Below are positions 22,159 to 31,216 of a stretch of 34,661 nucleotides of DNA, piece after piece. How positions within the stretch are numbered: the stretch's first letter is position 1; each line of letters begins with the position of its first letter. The stretch is from IMG/VR virus record IMGVR_UViG_2531839482_000004; one strand, written 5' to 3'. The notes below the pieces were generated by a model. It was not told the DNA's origin. It was given only the letters and a program-made list of their open reading frames with translations, and made no database searches. Source of the stretch: a virus (Duplodnaviria > Heunggongvirae > Uroviricota > Caudoviricetes). The position numbers and the translations under genes were made by a program.

Positions 22159-22542
22159 ATGCAGAATGATTACAATGACCTTAAGCCAATTGCCGAAATG
22201 ATGTACCCGAATCCAGCTGTAGAGGAATTAAAAGCTATCGCTGACAAAATGTGTTTAAGCGAGCGCCTTGTTGATATGAATCAGGTGATGGAAATTACAA
22301 CCCTGAGTCGGCGTACACTGCTAAACCTTGAGGCTAGTGGAGAGTTCCCGGAGCGTGTGCAGGTTACGGAAGGGCGTAAGGCCTGGTATTTAAGTGAAGT
22401 GATCGACTGGATAAATAATATTCCTCGCGCTTCTGAATATTGCCGCGTACCTGTCCCAAAAAAGCCAGATGCGGCGCTATGCCTCAAGATTGAGCGTGTA
22501 CGCCGCAATGCACGGGATGGTCGCTATAAGCTGATTGGTTGA
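22159..22542 (+). CDS. AlpA/MerR-like HTH protein with N- and C-terminal extensions
   Basis: 127 aa; core MEITTLSRRTLLNLEASGEFPERVQVTEGRKAWYLSEVIDWI fits the AlpA-type HTH pattern. Confidence 0.6.
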   Translation: MQNDYNDLKPIAEMMYPNPAVEELKAIADKMCLSERLVDMNQVMEITTLSRRTLLNLEASGEFPERVQVTEGRKAWYLSEVIDWINNIPRASEYCRVPVPKKPDAALCLKIERVRRNARDGRYKLIG

Positions 22543-22565
22543 TGAAATTAGGGCCCGCTCTGGCT

Positions 22566-22787
22566 GGCGGGTCCTTTCCGGCGATCTGACAGGCTACGGG
22601 GCGTCAGGCGCGCAGTTTTTCGCTATTTGTGAAAATTTTCCTGTTTAAGGCGTTTCCGTTCTTCTTCGCCGTAACTTAATGTTTTTATTAAAAACACCCC
22701 CTAAAAAGAAAGGAAACGACAGGTGCTAAAAACAGGCTTTTTGGCCTCTGTCGTTTCCTTTCTCTGGTTTTGTCCGTGGAATGAACA
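22566..22787 (+). other. island cos site (cosQ and cosB conserved, cosN divergent)
   Basis: Aligns base-for-base with helper cos 7107-7326, but the cosN position reads GGGCGTCAGGCG (helper GGGCGGCGACCT), with further changes just downstream. Confidence 0.8.
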
Positions 22788-22853
22788 ATGGAAGCCAACA
22801 AAAAGCAGCTGGCTGACATTTTCGGTGCGAGTATCCGTACCATTCAGAACTAG
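22788..22853 (+). pseudogene. Nu1-paralog N-terminal segment ending in an in-frame amber codon (codon 22)
   Basis: MEANKKQLADIFGASIRTIQN then TAG where helper Nu1 has TGG (Trp). Confidence 0.7.
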
Positions 22854-22865
22854 CAGGAGCAGGGA

Positions 22866-23339
22866 ATGCCCGTTCTGCGAGGCGGTGGCAAGGGTAATGA
22901 GGTGCTTTATGACTCTGCCGCCGTCATAAAATGGTATGCCGAAAGGGATGCTGAAATTGAGAACGAAAAGCTGCGCCGGGAGGTTGAAGAACTGCGGCAG
23001 GCCAGCGAGGCAGATCTCCTGCCAGGGACTATTGAGTATGAACGCCATCGACTTACGCGTGCGCAGGCCGACGCACAGGAACTGAAGAATGCCAGCGAAA
23101 CAGGTGAGGTAATTGACACTGCATTTGCGACTTATGCTTTGTCGAAATTAACTGGGGAAGTTGGAGCAATCATTGATAGTCTTCCACTTGCGATCTGTCG
23201 ACAGTTTCCTGGCATGGAAAAACGGTATCAGGACTTCATTAAGATGGAGGTCAGTAAAGCATTTATTCGAGCTTACCAGATCTCAGATAACATTCCAGAT
23301 ATGGCTGAAAGGTATATCAAGGATAATCAGCGAAGTTAA
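22866..23339 (+). CDS. N-terminally truncated terminase small-subunit paralog (Nu1 residues 27-end; divergent C-terminal domain)
   Basis: Starts at the codon equivalent to Nu1 Met27, where a GAA->GAG change creates a GGAG Shine-Dalgarno 6 nt upstream; first ~80 aa near-identical to Nu1, last ~75 aa replaced by AT-rich divergent sequence. Confidence 0.7.
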   Translation: MPVLRGGGKGNEVLYDSAAVIKWYAERDAEIENEKLRREVEELRQASEADLLPGTIEYERHRLTRAQADAQELKNASETGEVIDTAFATYALSKLTGEVGAIIDSLPLAICRQFPGMEKRYQDFIKMEVSKAFIRAYQISDNIPDMAERYIKDNQRS

Positions 23340-23445
23340 AACAAATGAAACCATAGGTAGGAAGAGTGCTTAGGTGGTTCTTTGTTGCTTAAAAGTCGCC
23401 AGTAAAACTGGCGATAGATTTTATTTGTCAAAAGCATTTGACCTT

Positions 23446-24351
23446 TTAAGGTAGTGGTACTATGGATATTTTTCTGTCGTTCCCAAATGAACTTTTAAAT
23501 AATTTCGCTCTTGGATACATCTTAACTAGTGATGCGACTTCATCGAACTCGCTGGCATCAAAAAGAGGACCAAGTATTACAGATTTTAACTCAAAAGGGT
23601 GAAATTTTAAGTCGCTATATTGACCAGTGCTATTTGGCCTAGCGTAGGTTGAAATTCTCCACTCTCTTTCATATGCCCATTCTTCTGTTTTTATGAATAT
23701 TATCTCATTATTGATATATTCAATTGACTTATTGTCTGGCATGAAAAGCAACTCGGCCATCCCTTCAGCAGTGTGAGTTAGAGGCATTTCATCTGTGTAT
23801 TTCATAGGTTTGGCTATTAACCAAGCGCTATCCAGAAAGTCTACACAATCAAATTCGATAACTATACCTTTATATTTATCGGCATAGTGATTCCACATAG
23901 GAGTGATTATAGGGCTCTCAGATAAACACAAAATCCTTCTGTTATTAAGCATTCCTCGCCAGACATCTTTCATTTCTTGTATTGCCGCAGGAGCGCCAAT
24001 CCCAACTGGTGGAATGTTTACCATTTCTTGAAATCTTTCAATTAATCCTGCGGGTATGCCTAAAGGAAATGACTTTTGGAAATCACTTAGCATTGTTCTA
24101 ATTCTAGGGTTTAAATTTTGTATGTCTTCTCTGGGGGTAATCAACTCCGCTATTAACTTGCGGGCTAAAGCTTTGCCAATATTAATTTCGTTAATACCAG
24201 GCATAACTTCTCTTGGAACATCAAAAGGGTCATTAAATAGGACCGGAGAACTCCATCTAAGGCTGCATGAATCAAGAACAATTTTCGCGGTATTCAACGA
24301 CATATACTTATAAAATGTTGAGCGTTCATGCATTCTGTTGGGTGAGCGCAT
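23446..24351 (-). CDS. hypothetical protein, DUF2971-like, AT-rich cargo gene
   Basis: 301 aa; N-terminal FYKYMSL...LRWSSPVLFNDPFD and WAYEREWRI motifs as recalled for DUF2971 proteins; low GC; GAGGA RBS; last gene before the right junction. Confidence 0.55.
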   Translation of the reverse strand: MRSPNRMHERSTFYKYMSLNTAKIVLDSCSLRWSSPVLFNDPFDVPREVMPGINEINIGKALARKLIAELITPREDIQNLNPRIRTMLSDFQKSFPLGIPAGLIERFQEMVNIPPVGIGAPAAIQEMKDVWRGMLNNRRILCLSESPIITPMWNHYADKYKGIVIEFDCVDFLDSAWLIAKPMKYTDEMPLTHTAEGMAELLFMPDNKSIEYINNEIIFIKTEEWAYEREWRISTYARPNSTGQYSDLKFHPFELKSVILGPLFDASEFDEVASLVKMYPRAKLFKSSFGNDRKISIVPLP

Positions 24352-24485
24352 AGATTCCTCTTGTTAAATGAGTGATGGTTTTCATCCATGTATTGCACGT
24401 TGTATTGCATTCAAGGATTTTCCATTTCAATTCTATAGCTAAAACGTAATCAAATCATTCACATCCTTTCATATTTGACTCATGT

Positions 24486-24495
24486 AGCCGAAGCA
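24486..24495 (+). repeat. attR core AGCCGAAGCA (right island junction)
   Basis: Identical to 13506-13515; E coding sequence resumes in frame immediately afterwards. Confidence 0.75.
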
Positions 24496-25276
24496 TGAGG
24501 TGAATCCGCAGATGACCCTGCGTCGCCTGCCGGATGAAGATCCGCAGAATCTGGCGGACCCGGCTTACCGCCGCCGTCGCATCATCCTGCAGAACATGCG
24601 TGACGAAGAGCTGGCCATTGCTCAGGTCGAAGAGATGCAGGCAGTTTCTGCCGTGCTCAAGGGCAAATACACCATGACCGGTGAAGCCTTCGATCCGGTT
24701 GAGGTGGATATGGGCCGCAGTGCGGCGAACAACATCACGCAGTCCGGCGGCACGGAGTGGAGCAAGCGTGACAAGTCCACGTATGACCCGACCGACGATA
24801 TCGAAGCCTACGCGCTGAACGCCAGCGGCGTGGTGAATATCATCGTGTTTGATCCGAAAGGCTGGGCGCTGTTCCGTTCCTTCAAAGCCGTCAAGGAGAA
24901 GCTGGATACCCGTCGCGGCTCTAATTCCGAGCTGGAGACAGCGGTAAAAGACCTGGGCGAAGCGGTGTCCTATAAGGGGATGTATGGCGATACGGCGATC
25001 GTCGTGTATTCCGGACAGTACGTGGAAAACGACGTCAAAAAGAACTTCCTGCCGGACAACACGATGGTGCTGGGGAACACTCAGGCACGCGGTCTGCGCA
25101 CCTATGGCTGCATTCAGGATGCGGACGCACAGCGCGAAGGTATTAACGCCTCTGCCCGCTACCCGAAAAACTGGGTGACCACCGGCGATCCGGCGCGTGA
25201 GTTCACCATGATTCAGTCAGCACCGCTGATGCTGCTGGCTGATCCTGATGCGTTCGTGTCCGTACAACTGGCGTAA
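24486..25276 (+). pseudogene. E: major capsid protein gpE, C-terminal fragment (codons ~80-341)
   Basis: ...KHEVNPQMTLRRLPDEDPQNLADPAYRRRRIILQNMRDEE... to ...FVSVQLA matches lambda gpE; preceded in frame by a TAG from island DNA. Confidence 0.92.
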
Positions 25277-25278
25277 TC

Positions 25279-25300
25279 ATGGCCCTTCGGGGCCATTTTC
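25279..25300 (+). terminator. stem-loop after E
   Basis: atggcccttcggggccat followed by tttctctc. Confidence 0.35.
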
Positions 25301-25317
25301 TCTCTGTGGAGGAGTCC

Positions 25318-25713
25318 ATGACGAAAGATGAACTGATTGCCCGTCTTCAGGTGCTGGGTGAGCAACTGAACCGTGATGTCAGCCTGACGGGGACGAAAGA
25401 AGAACTGGTGCTCCGTGTGGCAGAGCTGGAAGAGGAGCTTGATGACACGGATGACGCTGCCGGTCAGGACACATCTGTCAACCCGGAAAATGCGCTGACC
25501 GGACATGAAAATGAGGTGGTATCAGCGCAGCCGGATACCGTGATTGATACGGCTGCTCTGGTCACGGTCGTGGCACTGGTGACGCTGCATACTGATGCAC
25601 TTCACGCCACGCGGGATGAGCCTGTGGCATTTGTGCTGCCGGGAACGGCGTTTCGTGTCTCTGCCGGTGTGGCAGCCGAAATGACAGAACATGGCCTGGC
25701 CAGAATGCAATAA
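25318..25713 (+). CDS. FI: DNA-packaging protein gpFI
   Basis: MTKDELIARLQVLGEQLNRDVSLTGTKEEL..., lambda gpFI; GGAGG RBS. Confidence 0.93.
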   Translation: MTKDELIARLQVLGEQLNRDVSLTGTKEELVLRVAELEEELDDTDDAAGQDTSVNPENALTGHENEVVSAQPDTVIDTAALVTVVALVTLHTDALHATRDEPVAFVLPGTAFRVSAGVAAEMTEHGLARMQ

Positions 25714-25724
25714 CGGGAGGCGCT

Positions 25725-26078
25725 GTGGCTGATTCCGATAACCTGTTCGATGCTGCCATTGCCCGCGCCGATGAAACGATACGCGGGTACATGGGAACGT
25801 CAGCCACCATGACATCCGGTGAGCTGTCCGGTGCTGTGATACGTGGTGTTTTTGATGACCCTGAAAATATCAGCTATGCCGGACAGGGGGTGCGCGTTGA
25901 AGGCTCCAGCCCGTCCCTGTTTGTCCGGACTGATGATGTGCGGCAGCTGCGGCGTGGAGACACACTGACCATCGGCGAGGAAAACTTCTGGGTGGACCGG
26001 ATTTCGCCGGATGATGGCGGAAGCTGTCATCTCTGGCTTGGGCGTGGCGTGCCGCCTGCCGTTAACCGTCGCCGCTGA
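25725..26078 (+). CDS. FII: head-tail connector gpFII
   Basis: GTG start; 117 aa matching lambda gpFII. Confidence 0.93.
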   Translation: MADSDNLFDAAIARADETIRGYMGTSATMTSGELSGAVIRGVFDDPENISYAGQGVRVEGSSPSLFVRTDDVRQLRRGDTLTIGEENFWVDRISPDDGGSCHLWLGRGVPPAVNRRR

Positions 26079-26089
26079 AAGGGGGATGT

Positions 26090-26668
26090 ATGGCCATAAA
26101 AGGTCTTGAGCAGGCCGTTGAAAACCTCAGCCGTATCAGCAAAACGGCGGTGCCTGGTGCCGCCGCAATGGCCATTAACCGCGTTGCGTCATCCGCGATA
26201 TCGCAGTCTGCGTCACAGGTTGCCCGTGAGACAAAGGTACGCCGGAAACTGGTAAAGGAAAGGGCCAGGCTGAAAAGGGCCACGGTCAAAAATCCGCAGG
26301 CCAGAATCAGGGTTAACCGGGGGGATTTGCCCGTAATCAAGCTGGGTAACGCGCGGGTTGTCCTTTCCCGCCGCAGACGTCGTAAAAAGGGGCAGCGTTC
26401 ATCCCTGAAAGGTGGCGGCAGCGTGCTTGTGGTGGGAAACCGTCGTATTCCCGGCGCGTTTATTCAGCAACTGAAAAATGGCCGGTGGCATGTCATGCAG
26501 CGTGTGGCCGGGAAAAACCGTTACCCCATTGATGTGGTGAAAATCCCGATGGCGGTGCCGCTTACCACGGCGTTTAAACAGAATATTGAACGGATACGGC
26601 GTGAACGTCTTCCGAAAGAGCTGGGCTATGCGCTGCAGCATCAACTGAGAATGGTAATAAAGCGATGA
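26090..26668 (+). CDS. Z: tail completion protein gpZ
   Basis: 192 aa matching lambda gpZ. Confidence 0.93.
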   Translation: MAIKGLEQAVENLSRISKTAVPGAAAMAINRVASSAISQSASQVARETKVRRKLVKERARLKRATVKNPQARIRVNRGDLPVIKLGNARVVLSRRRRRKKGQRSSLKGGGSVLVVGNRRIPGAFIQQLKNGRWHVMQRVAGKNRYPIDVVKIPMAVPLTTAFKQNIERIRRERLPKELGYALQHQLRMVIKR

Positions 26669-27060
26669 AACATACTGAACTCCGTGCAGCCGTACTGGAT
26701 GCACTGGAGAAGCATGACACCGGGGCGACGCTTTTTGATGGTCGCCCCGCTGTTTTTGATGAGGCGGATTTTCCGGCAATTGCCGTTTATCTCACCGGCG
26801 CTGAATACACGGGCGAAGAGCTGGACAGTGATACCTGGCAGGCGGAGCTGCATATTGAAGTTTTCCTGCCTGCTCAGGTGCCGGATTCAGAGCTGGATTC
26901 GTGGATGGAGTCCCGGATTTATCCGGTGATGAGCGATGTCCCGGCACTGTCAGATTTGATCACCAGTATGGTGGCCAGTGGCTATGACTACCGGCGCGAC
27001 GATGATGCGGGCCTGTGGAGTTCAGCCGATCTGACTTATGTCATTACCTATGAAATGTGA
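26665..27060 (+). CDS. U: tail terminator protein gpU
   Basis: 131 aa matching lambda gpU. Confidence 0.93.
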   Translation: MKHTELRAAVLDALEKHDTGATLFDGRPAVFDEADFPAIAVYLTGAEYTGEELDSDTWQAELHIEVFLPAQVPDSELDSWMESRIYPVMSDVPALSDLITSMVASGYDYRRDDDAGLWSSADLTYVITYEM

Positions 27061-27067
27061 GGACGAT

Positions 27068-27808
27068 ATGCCTGTACCAAATCCAGTAATGCCGGTGAAA
27101 GGGGCCGGGACCACACTGTGGGTTTATAAGGGGAACGGTGACCCTTATGCGAACCCGCTTTCAGACGTTGACTGGTCGCGTCTGGCTAAAGTTAAAGACC
27201 TGACGCCCGGCGAACTGACCGCTGAGTCCTATGACGACAGCTATCTCGATGATGAAGATGCGGACTGGACTGCGACCGGGCAGGGGCAGAAATCTGCCGG
27301 AGATACCAGCTTCACGCTGGCGTGGATGCCCGGAGAGCAGGGGCAGCAGGCGCTGCTGGCGTGGTTTAATGAAGGGGATACCCGTGCCTATAAAATCCGC
27401 TTCCCGAACGGCACGGTCGATGTGTTCCGCGGCTGGGTCAGCAGTATCGGTAAGGCGGTGACGGCGAAGGAAGTGATCACCCGCACGGTGAAAGTCACCA
27501 ACGTGAGACGTCCGTCGATGGCAGAAGATCGCAGCACGGTAACAGCGGCAACCGGCATGACCGTGACGCCTGCCAGCACTTCGGTGGTGAAAGGGCAGAG
27601 CACCACGCTGACCGTGGCATTCCAGCCGGAAGGCGCAACCGACAAGAGCTTCCGTGCGGTGTCTGCGGATAAAACAAAAGCCACCGTGTCGGTCAGTGGT
27701 ATGACCATCACCGTGAAAGGTGTTGCTGCAGGCAAGGTCAACATTCCGGTTGTATCCGGTAATGGTGAACTTGCTGTGGTTGCAGAAATCACCGTCACCG
27801 ACAGTTAA
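27068..27808 (+). CDS. V: major tail tube protein gpV
   Basis: [22 protein letters not shown]... 246 aa, lambda gpV with C-terminal Ig-like domain. Confidence 0.93.
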   Translation: MPVPNPVMPVKGAGTTLWVYKGNGDPYANPLSDVDWSRLAKVKDLTPGELTAESYDDSYLDDEDADWTATGQGQKSAGDTSFTLAWMPGEQGQQALLAWFNEGDTRAYKIRFPNGTVDVFRGWVSSIGKAVTAKEVITRTVKVTNVRRPSMAEDRSTVTAATGMTVTPASTSVVKGQSTTLTVAFQPEGATDKSFRAVSADKTKATVSVSGMTITVKGVAAGKVNIPVVSGNGELAVVAEITVTDS

Positions 27809-27823
27809 TCCGGAGAGTCAGCG

Positions 27824-28246
27824 ATGTTCCTGAAAACCGAATCATTTGAATATAACGGTGTGAGCGTCACGCTTTCTGAACTGTCAGCCCTGCAGCGAAT
27901 TGAGCATCTCGCCCTGCTGAAACGACAGGCAGAACAGGCGGGATCCAGTCTCAATCGACAGGTGAGCGTGGAAGATCTCGTCAGAACCGGTGCTTTTCTG
28001 GTGGCGATGTCCCTGTGGCATAGCCATCCGCAGAAGACAAAGATGCCGTCCATGAATGAAGCCGTTAAACAAATTGAGCAGGAAGTGCTTACCACCTGGC
28101 CCACAGAGGCAATTGCTCAGGCTGAAAATGTGGTAATGCGTCTGTCCGGTATGTCTGAGTTTGTTGTGAATGATGCACCTGAACAGGCAGATGACGCCGG
28201 GCCAGCAGAGCCTGTTTCTGCGGGAAAGTGTTCGACGGTGAGCTGA
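27824..28246 (+). CDS. G: tail assembly chaperone gpG
   Basis: 140 aa matching lambda gpG. Confidence 0.93.
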   Translation: MFLKTESFEYNGVSVTLSELSALQRIEHLALLKRQAEQAGSSLNRQVSVEDLVRTGAFLVAMSLWHSHPQKTKMPSMNEAVKQIEQEVLTTWPTEAIAQAENVVMRLSGMSEFVVNDAPEQADDAGPAEPVSAGKCSTVS

Positions 28247-28662
28247 GTTTTGCCCTGAAACTGGCGCGTGAGATGGGGCGACCCGACTGGCGCGCCATGC
28301 TTGCCGGGATGTCATCCACGGAGTATGCCGACTGGCACCGCTTTTACAGTACCCATTATTTTCATGATGTTCTGCTGGATATGCACTTTTCCGGGCTGAC
28401 GTACACCGTACTCAGCCTGTTTTTCAGCGATCCGGATATGCATCCGCTGGATTTCAGTCTGCTGAACCGGCGCGAGGCTGACGAAGAGCCTGAAGATGAT
28501 GTGCTGATGCAGAAAGCGGCAGGGCTTGCCGGAGGCGTCCGCTTTGGCCCGGACGGGAATGAAGTTATCCCCGCTTCCCCGGATGTGGCGGACATGACGG
28601 AGGATGACGTAATGCTGATGACAGTATCAGAAGGGATCGCAGGAGGAGTCCGGTATGGCTGA
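27824..28662 (+). CDS. T: tail assembly chaperone gpG-T (-1 programmed frameshift product)
   Basis: Slippery heptamer G GGA AAG at 28222-28228 near the G 3' end; the -1 frame continues as the gpT ORF (to 28662). Confidence 0.85.
28222..28228 (+). other. -1 ribosomal frameshift slippery site GGGAAAG
   Basis: Seen directly at the G/T overlap; conserved lambda G-T mechanism. Confidence 0.85.
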
Positions 28663-31216
28663 ACCGGTAGGCGATCTGGTCGTTGATTTGAGTCTGGATG
28701 CGGCCAGATTTGACGAGCAGATGGCCAGAGTCAGGCGTCATTTTTCCGGTACGGAAAGTGATGCGAAAAAAACAGCGGCAGTCGTTGAACAGTCGATGAA
28801 CCGGCAGGCGCTGGCTGCACAGAAAGCGGGAATTTCCGTCGGGCAGTATAAAGCCGCCATGCGTATGCTGCCTGCGCAGTTCACTGACGTGGCCACGCAG
28901 CTTGCAGGCGGGCAAAGTCCGTGGCTGATCCTGCTGCAACAGGGGGGTCAGGTGAAGGACTCCTTCGGCGGGATGATCCCCATGTTCCGGGGGCTTGCCG
29001 GTGCGATCACCCTGCCGATGGTGGGGGCTACCTCGCTGGCGGTGGCGACCGGAGCGCTGGCGTATGCCTGGTATCAGGGCAACTCAACCCTGTCCGATTT
29101 CAACAAAACGCTGGTCCTTTCCGGCAATCAGGCGGGACTGACGGCAGATCGTATGCTGGTCCTGTCCAGAGCCGGGCAGGCGGCAGGGCTGACGTTTAAC
29201 CAGACCAGCGAGTCACTCAGCGCACTGGTTAAGGCGGGGGTAAGCGGTGAGGCTCAGATTGCGTCCATCAGCCAGAGTGTGGCGCGTTTCTCCTCTGCAT
29301 CCGGCGTGGAGGTGGACAAGGTCGCTGAAGCCTTCGGGAAGCTGACCACAGACCCGACGTCGGGGCTGACGGCGATGGCACGCCAGTTCCATAACGTGAC
29401 GGCGGAGCAGATTGCGTATGTTGCTCAGTTGCAGCGTTCCGGCGATGAAGCCGGGGCATTGCAGGCGGCGAACGAGGCCGCAACGAAAGGGTTTGATGAC
29501 CAGACCCGACGCTTGAAAGAGAACATGGGCACGCTGGAAACCTGGGCAGACAGGACAGCACGGGCATTCAAATCCATGTGGGATGCGGTGCTGGATATTG
29601 GTCGTCCTGATACCGCGCAGGAGATGCTGATTAAGGCAGAGGCCGCGTTTAAGAAAGCGGACGATATCTGGAATCTGCGCAAGGATGATTATTTTGTTAA
29701 CGATGAAGCGCGGGCGCGTTACTGGGATGATCGTGAAAAGGCCCGTCTTGCGCTTGAAGTCGCCCGAAAGAAGGCTGAGCAGCAGAGTCAACAGGACAAA
29801 AATGCGCAGCAGCAGAGCGATACCGAAGCGTCACGGCTGAAATATACCGAAGAGGCGCAGAAGGCTTACGAACGGCTGCAGACGCCGCTGGAGAAATATA
29901 CCGCCCGTCAGGAAGAACTGAACAAGGCACTGAAAGACGGGAAAATCCTGCAGGCGGATTACAACACGCTGATGGCGGCGGCGAAAAAGGATTATGAAGC
30001 GACGCTGAAAAAGCCGAAACAGTCCGGCGTGAAGGGGTCTGCGGGCGATCGTCAGGAAGACAGTGCTCATGCTGCCCTGCTGACGCTTCAGGCAGAACTC
30101 CGGACGCTGGAGAAGCATGCCGGAGCAAATGAGAAAATCAGCCAGCAGCGCCGGGATTTGTGGAAGGCGGAGAGTCAGTTCGCGGTACTGGAGGAGGCGG
30201 CGCAACGTCGCCAGCTGTCTGCACAGGAGAAATCCCTGCTGGCGCATAAAGATGAGACGCTGGAGTACAAACGCCAGCTGGCTGCACTTGGCGACAAGGT
30301 TACGTATCAGGAGCGCCTGAACGCGCTGGCGCAGCAGGCGGATAAATTCGCACAGCAGCAACGGGCAAAACGGGCCGCCATTGATGCGAAAAGCCGGGGG
30401 CTGACTGACCGGCAGGCAGAACGGGAAGCCACGGAACAGCGCCTGAAGGAACAGTATGGCGATAATCCGCTGGCGCTGAATAACGTCATGTCAGAGCAGA
30501 AAAAGACCTGGGCGGCTGAAGACCAGCTTCGCGGGAGCTGGATGGCAGGCCTGAAGTCCGGCTGGAGTGAGTGGGAAGAGAGCGCCACGGACAGTATGTC
30601 GCAGGTAAAAAGTGCAGCCACGCAGACCTTTGATGGTATTGCACAGAATATGGCGGCGATGCTGACCGGCAGTGAGCAGAACTGGCGCAGCTTCACCCGT
30701 TCCGTGCTGTCCATGATGACAGAAATTCTGCTTAAGCAGGCAATGGTGGGGATTGTCGGGAGTATCGGCAGCGCCATTGGCGGGGCTGTTGGTGGCGGCG
30801 CATCCGCGTCAGGCGGTACAGCCATTCAGGCCGCTGCGGCGAAATTCCATTTTGCAACCGGAGGATTTACGGGAACCGGCGGCAAATATGAGCCAGCGGG
30901 GATTGTTCACCGTGGTGAATTTGTCTTCACGAAGGAGGCAACCAGCCGGATTGGCGTGGGGAATCTTTACCGGCTGATGCGCGGCTATGCCACCGGCGGT
31001 TATGTCGGTACACCGGGCAGCATGGCAGACAGCCGGTCGCAGGCGTCCGGGACGTTTGAGCAGAATAACCATGTGGTGATTAACAACGACGGCACGAACG
31101 GGCAGATAGGTCCGGCTGCTCTGAAGGCGGTGTATGACATGGCCCGCAAGGGTGCCCGTGATGAAATTCAGACACAGATGCGTGATGGTGGCCTGTTCTC
31201 CGGAGGTGGACGATGA
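28655..31216 (+). CDS. H: tape measure protein gpH
   Basis: 853 aa matching lambda gpH. Confidence 0.95.
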   Translation: MAEPVGDLVVDLSLDAARFDEQMARVRRHFSGTESDAKKTAAVVEQSMNRQALAAQKAGISVGQYKAAMRMLPAQFTDVATQLAGGQSPWLILLQQGGQVKDSFGGMIPMFRGLAGAITLPMVGATSLAVATGALAYAWYQGNSTLSDFNKTLVLSGNQAGLTADRMLVLSRAGQAAGLTFNQTSESLSALVKAGVSGEAQIASISQSVARFSSASGVEVDKVAEAFGKLTTDPTSGLTAMARQFHNVTAEQIAYVAQLQRSGDEAGALQAANEAATKGFDDQTRRLKENMGTLETWADRTARAFKSMWDAVLDIGRPDTAQEMLIKAEAAFKKADDIWNLRKDDYFVNDEARARYWDDREKARLALEVARKKAEQQSQQDKNAQQQSDTEASRLKYTEEAQKAYERLQTPLEKYTARQEELNKALKDGKILQADYNTLMAAAKKDYEATLKKPKQSGVKGSAGDRQEDSAHAALLTLQAELRTLEKHAGANEKISQQRRDLWKAESQFAVLEEAAQRRQLSAQEKSLLAHKDETLEYKRQLAALGDKVTYQERLNALAQQADKFAQQQRAKRAAIDAKSRGLTDRQAEREATEQRLKEQYGDNPLALNNVMSEQKKTWAAEDQLRGSWMAGLKSGWSEWEESATDSMSQVKSAATQTFDGIAQNMAAMLTGSEQNWRSFTRSVLSMMTEILLKQAMVGIVGSIGSAIGGAVGGGASASGGTAIQAAAAKFHFATGGFTGTGGKYEPAGIVHRGEFVFTKEATSRIGVGNLYRLMRGYATGGYVGTPGSMADSRSQASGTFEQNNHVVINNDGTNGQIGPAALKAVYDMARKGARDEIQTQMRDGGLFSGGGR

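Larger units (their letters stand above)
22566..23100 (+). repeat. ~535-bp direct repeat of the helper cos-nu1 5' region (partner at 7107-7640)
   Basis: By eye roughly 90-95% identical over cosQ, cosB and the first ~105 Nu1 codons; identity ends where the island Nu1 paralog becomes AT-rich. Confidence 0.8.
13506..24495 (+). mobile_element. integrative satellite-like island (~11 kb) inserted in gene E
   Basis: Bounded by the 10-bp direct repeat; interrupts an otherwise contiguous lambda-type E gene; encodes integrase, AlpA-like regulator, primase with iteron origin, SSB, E-like and D-like capsid paralogs, cos, Nu1 paralog; no terminase large subunit, portal, protease or tail genes. Confidence 0.85.
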
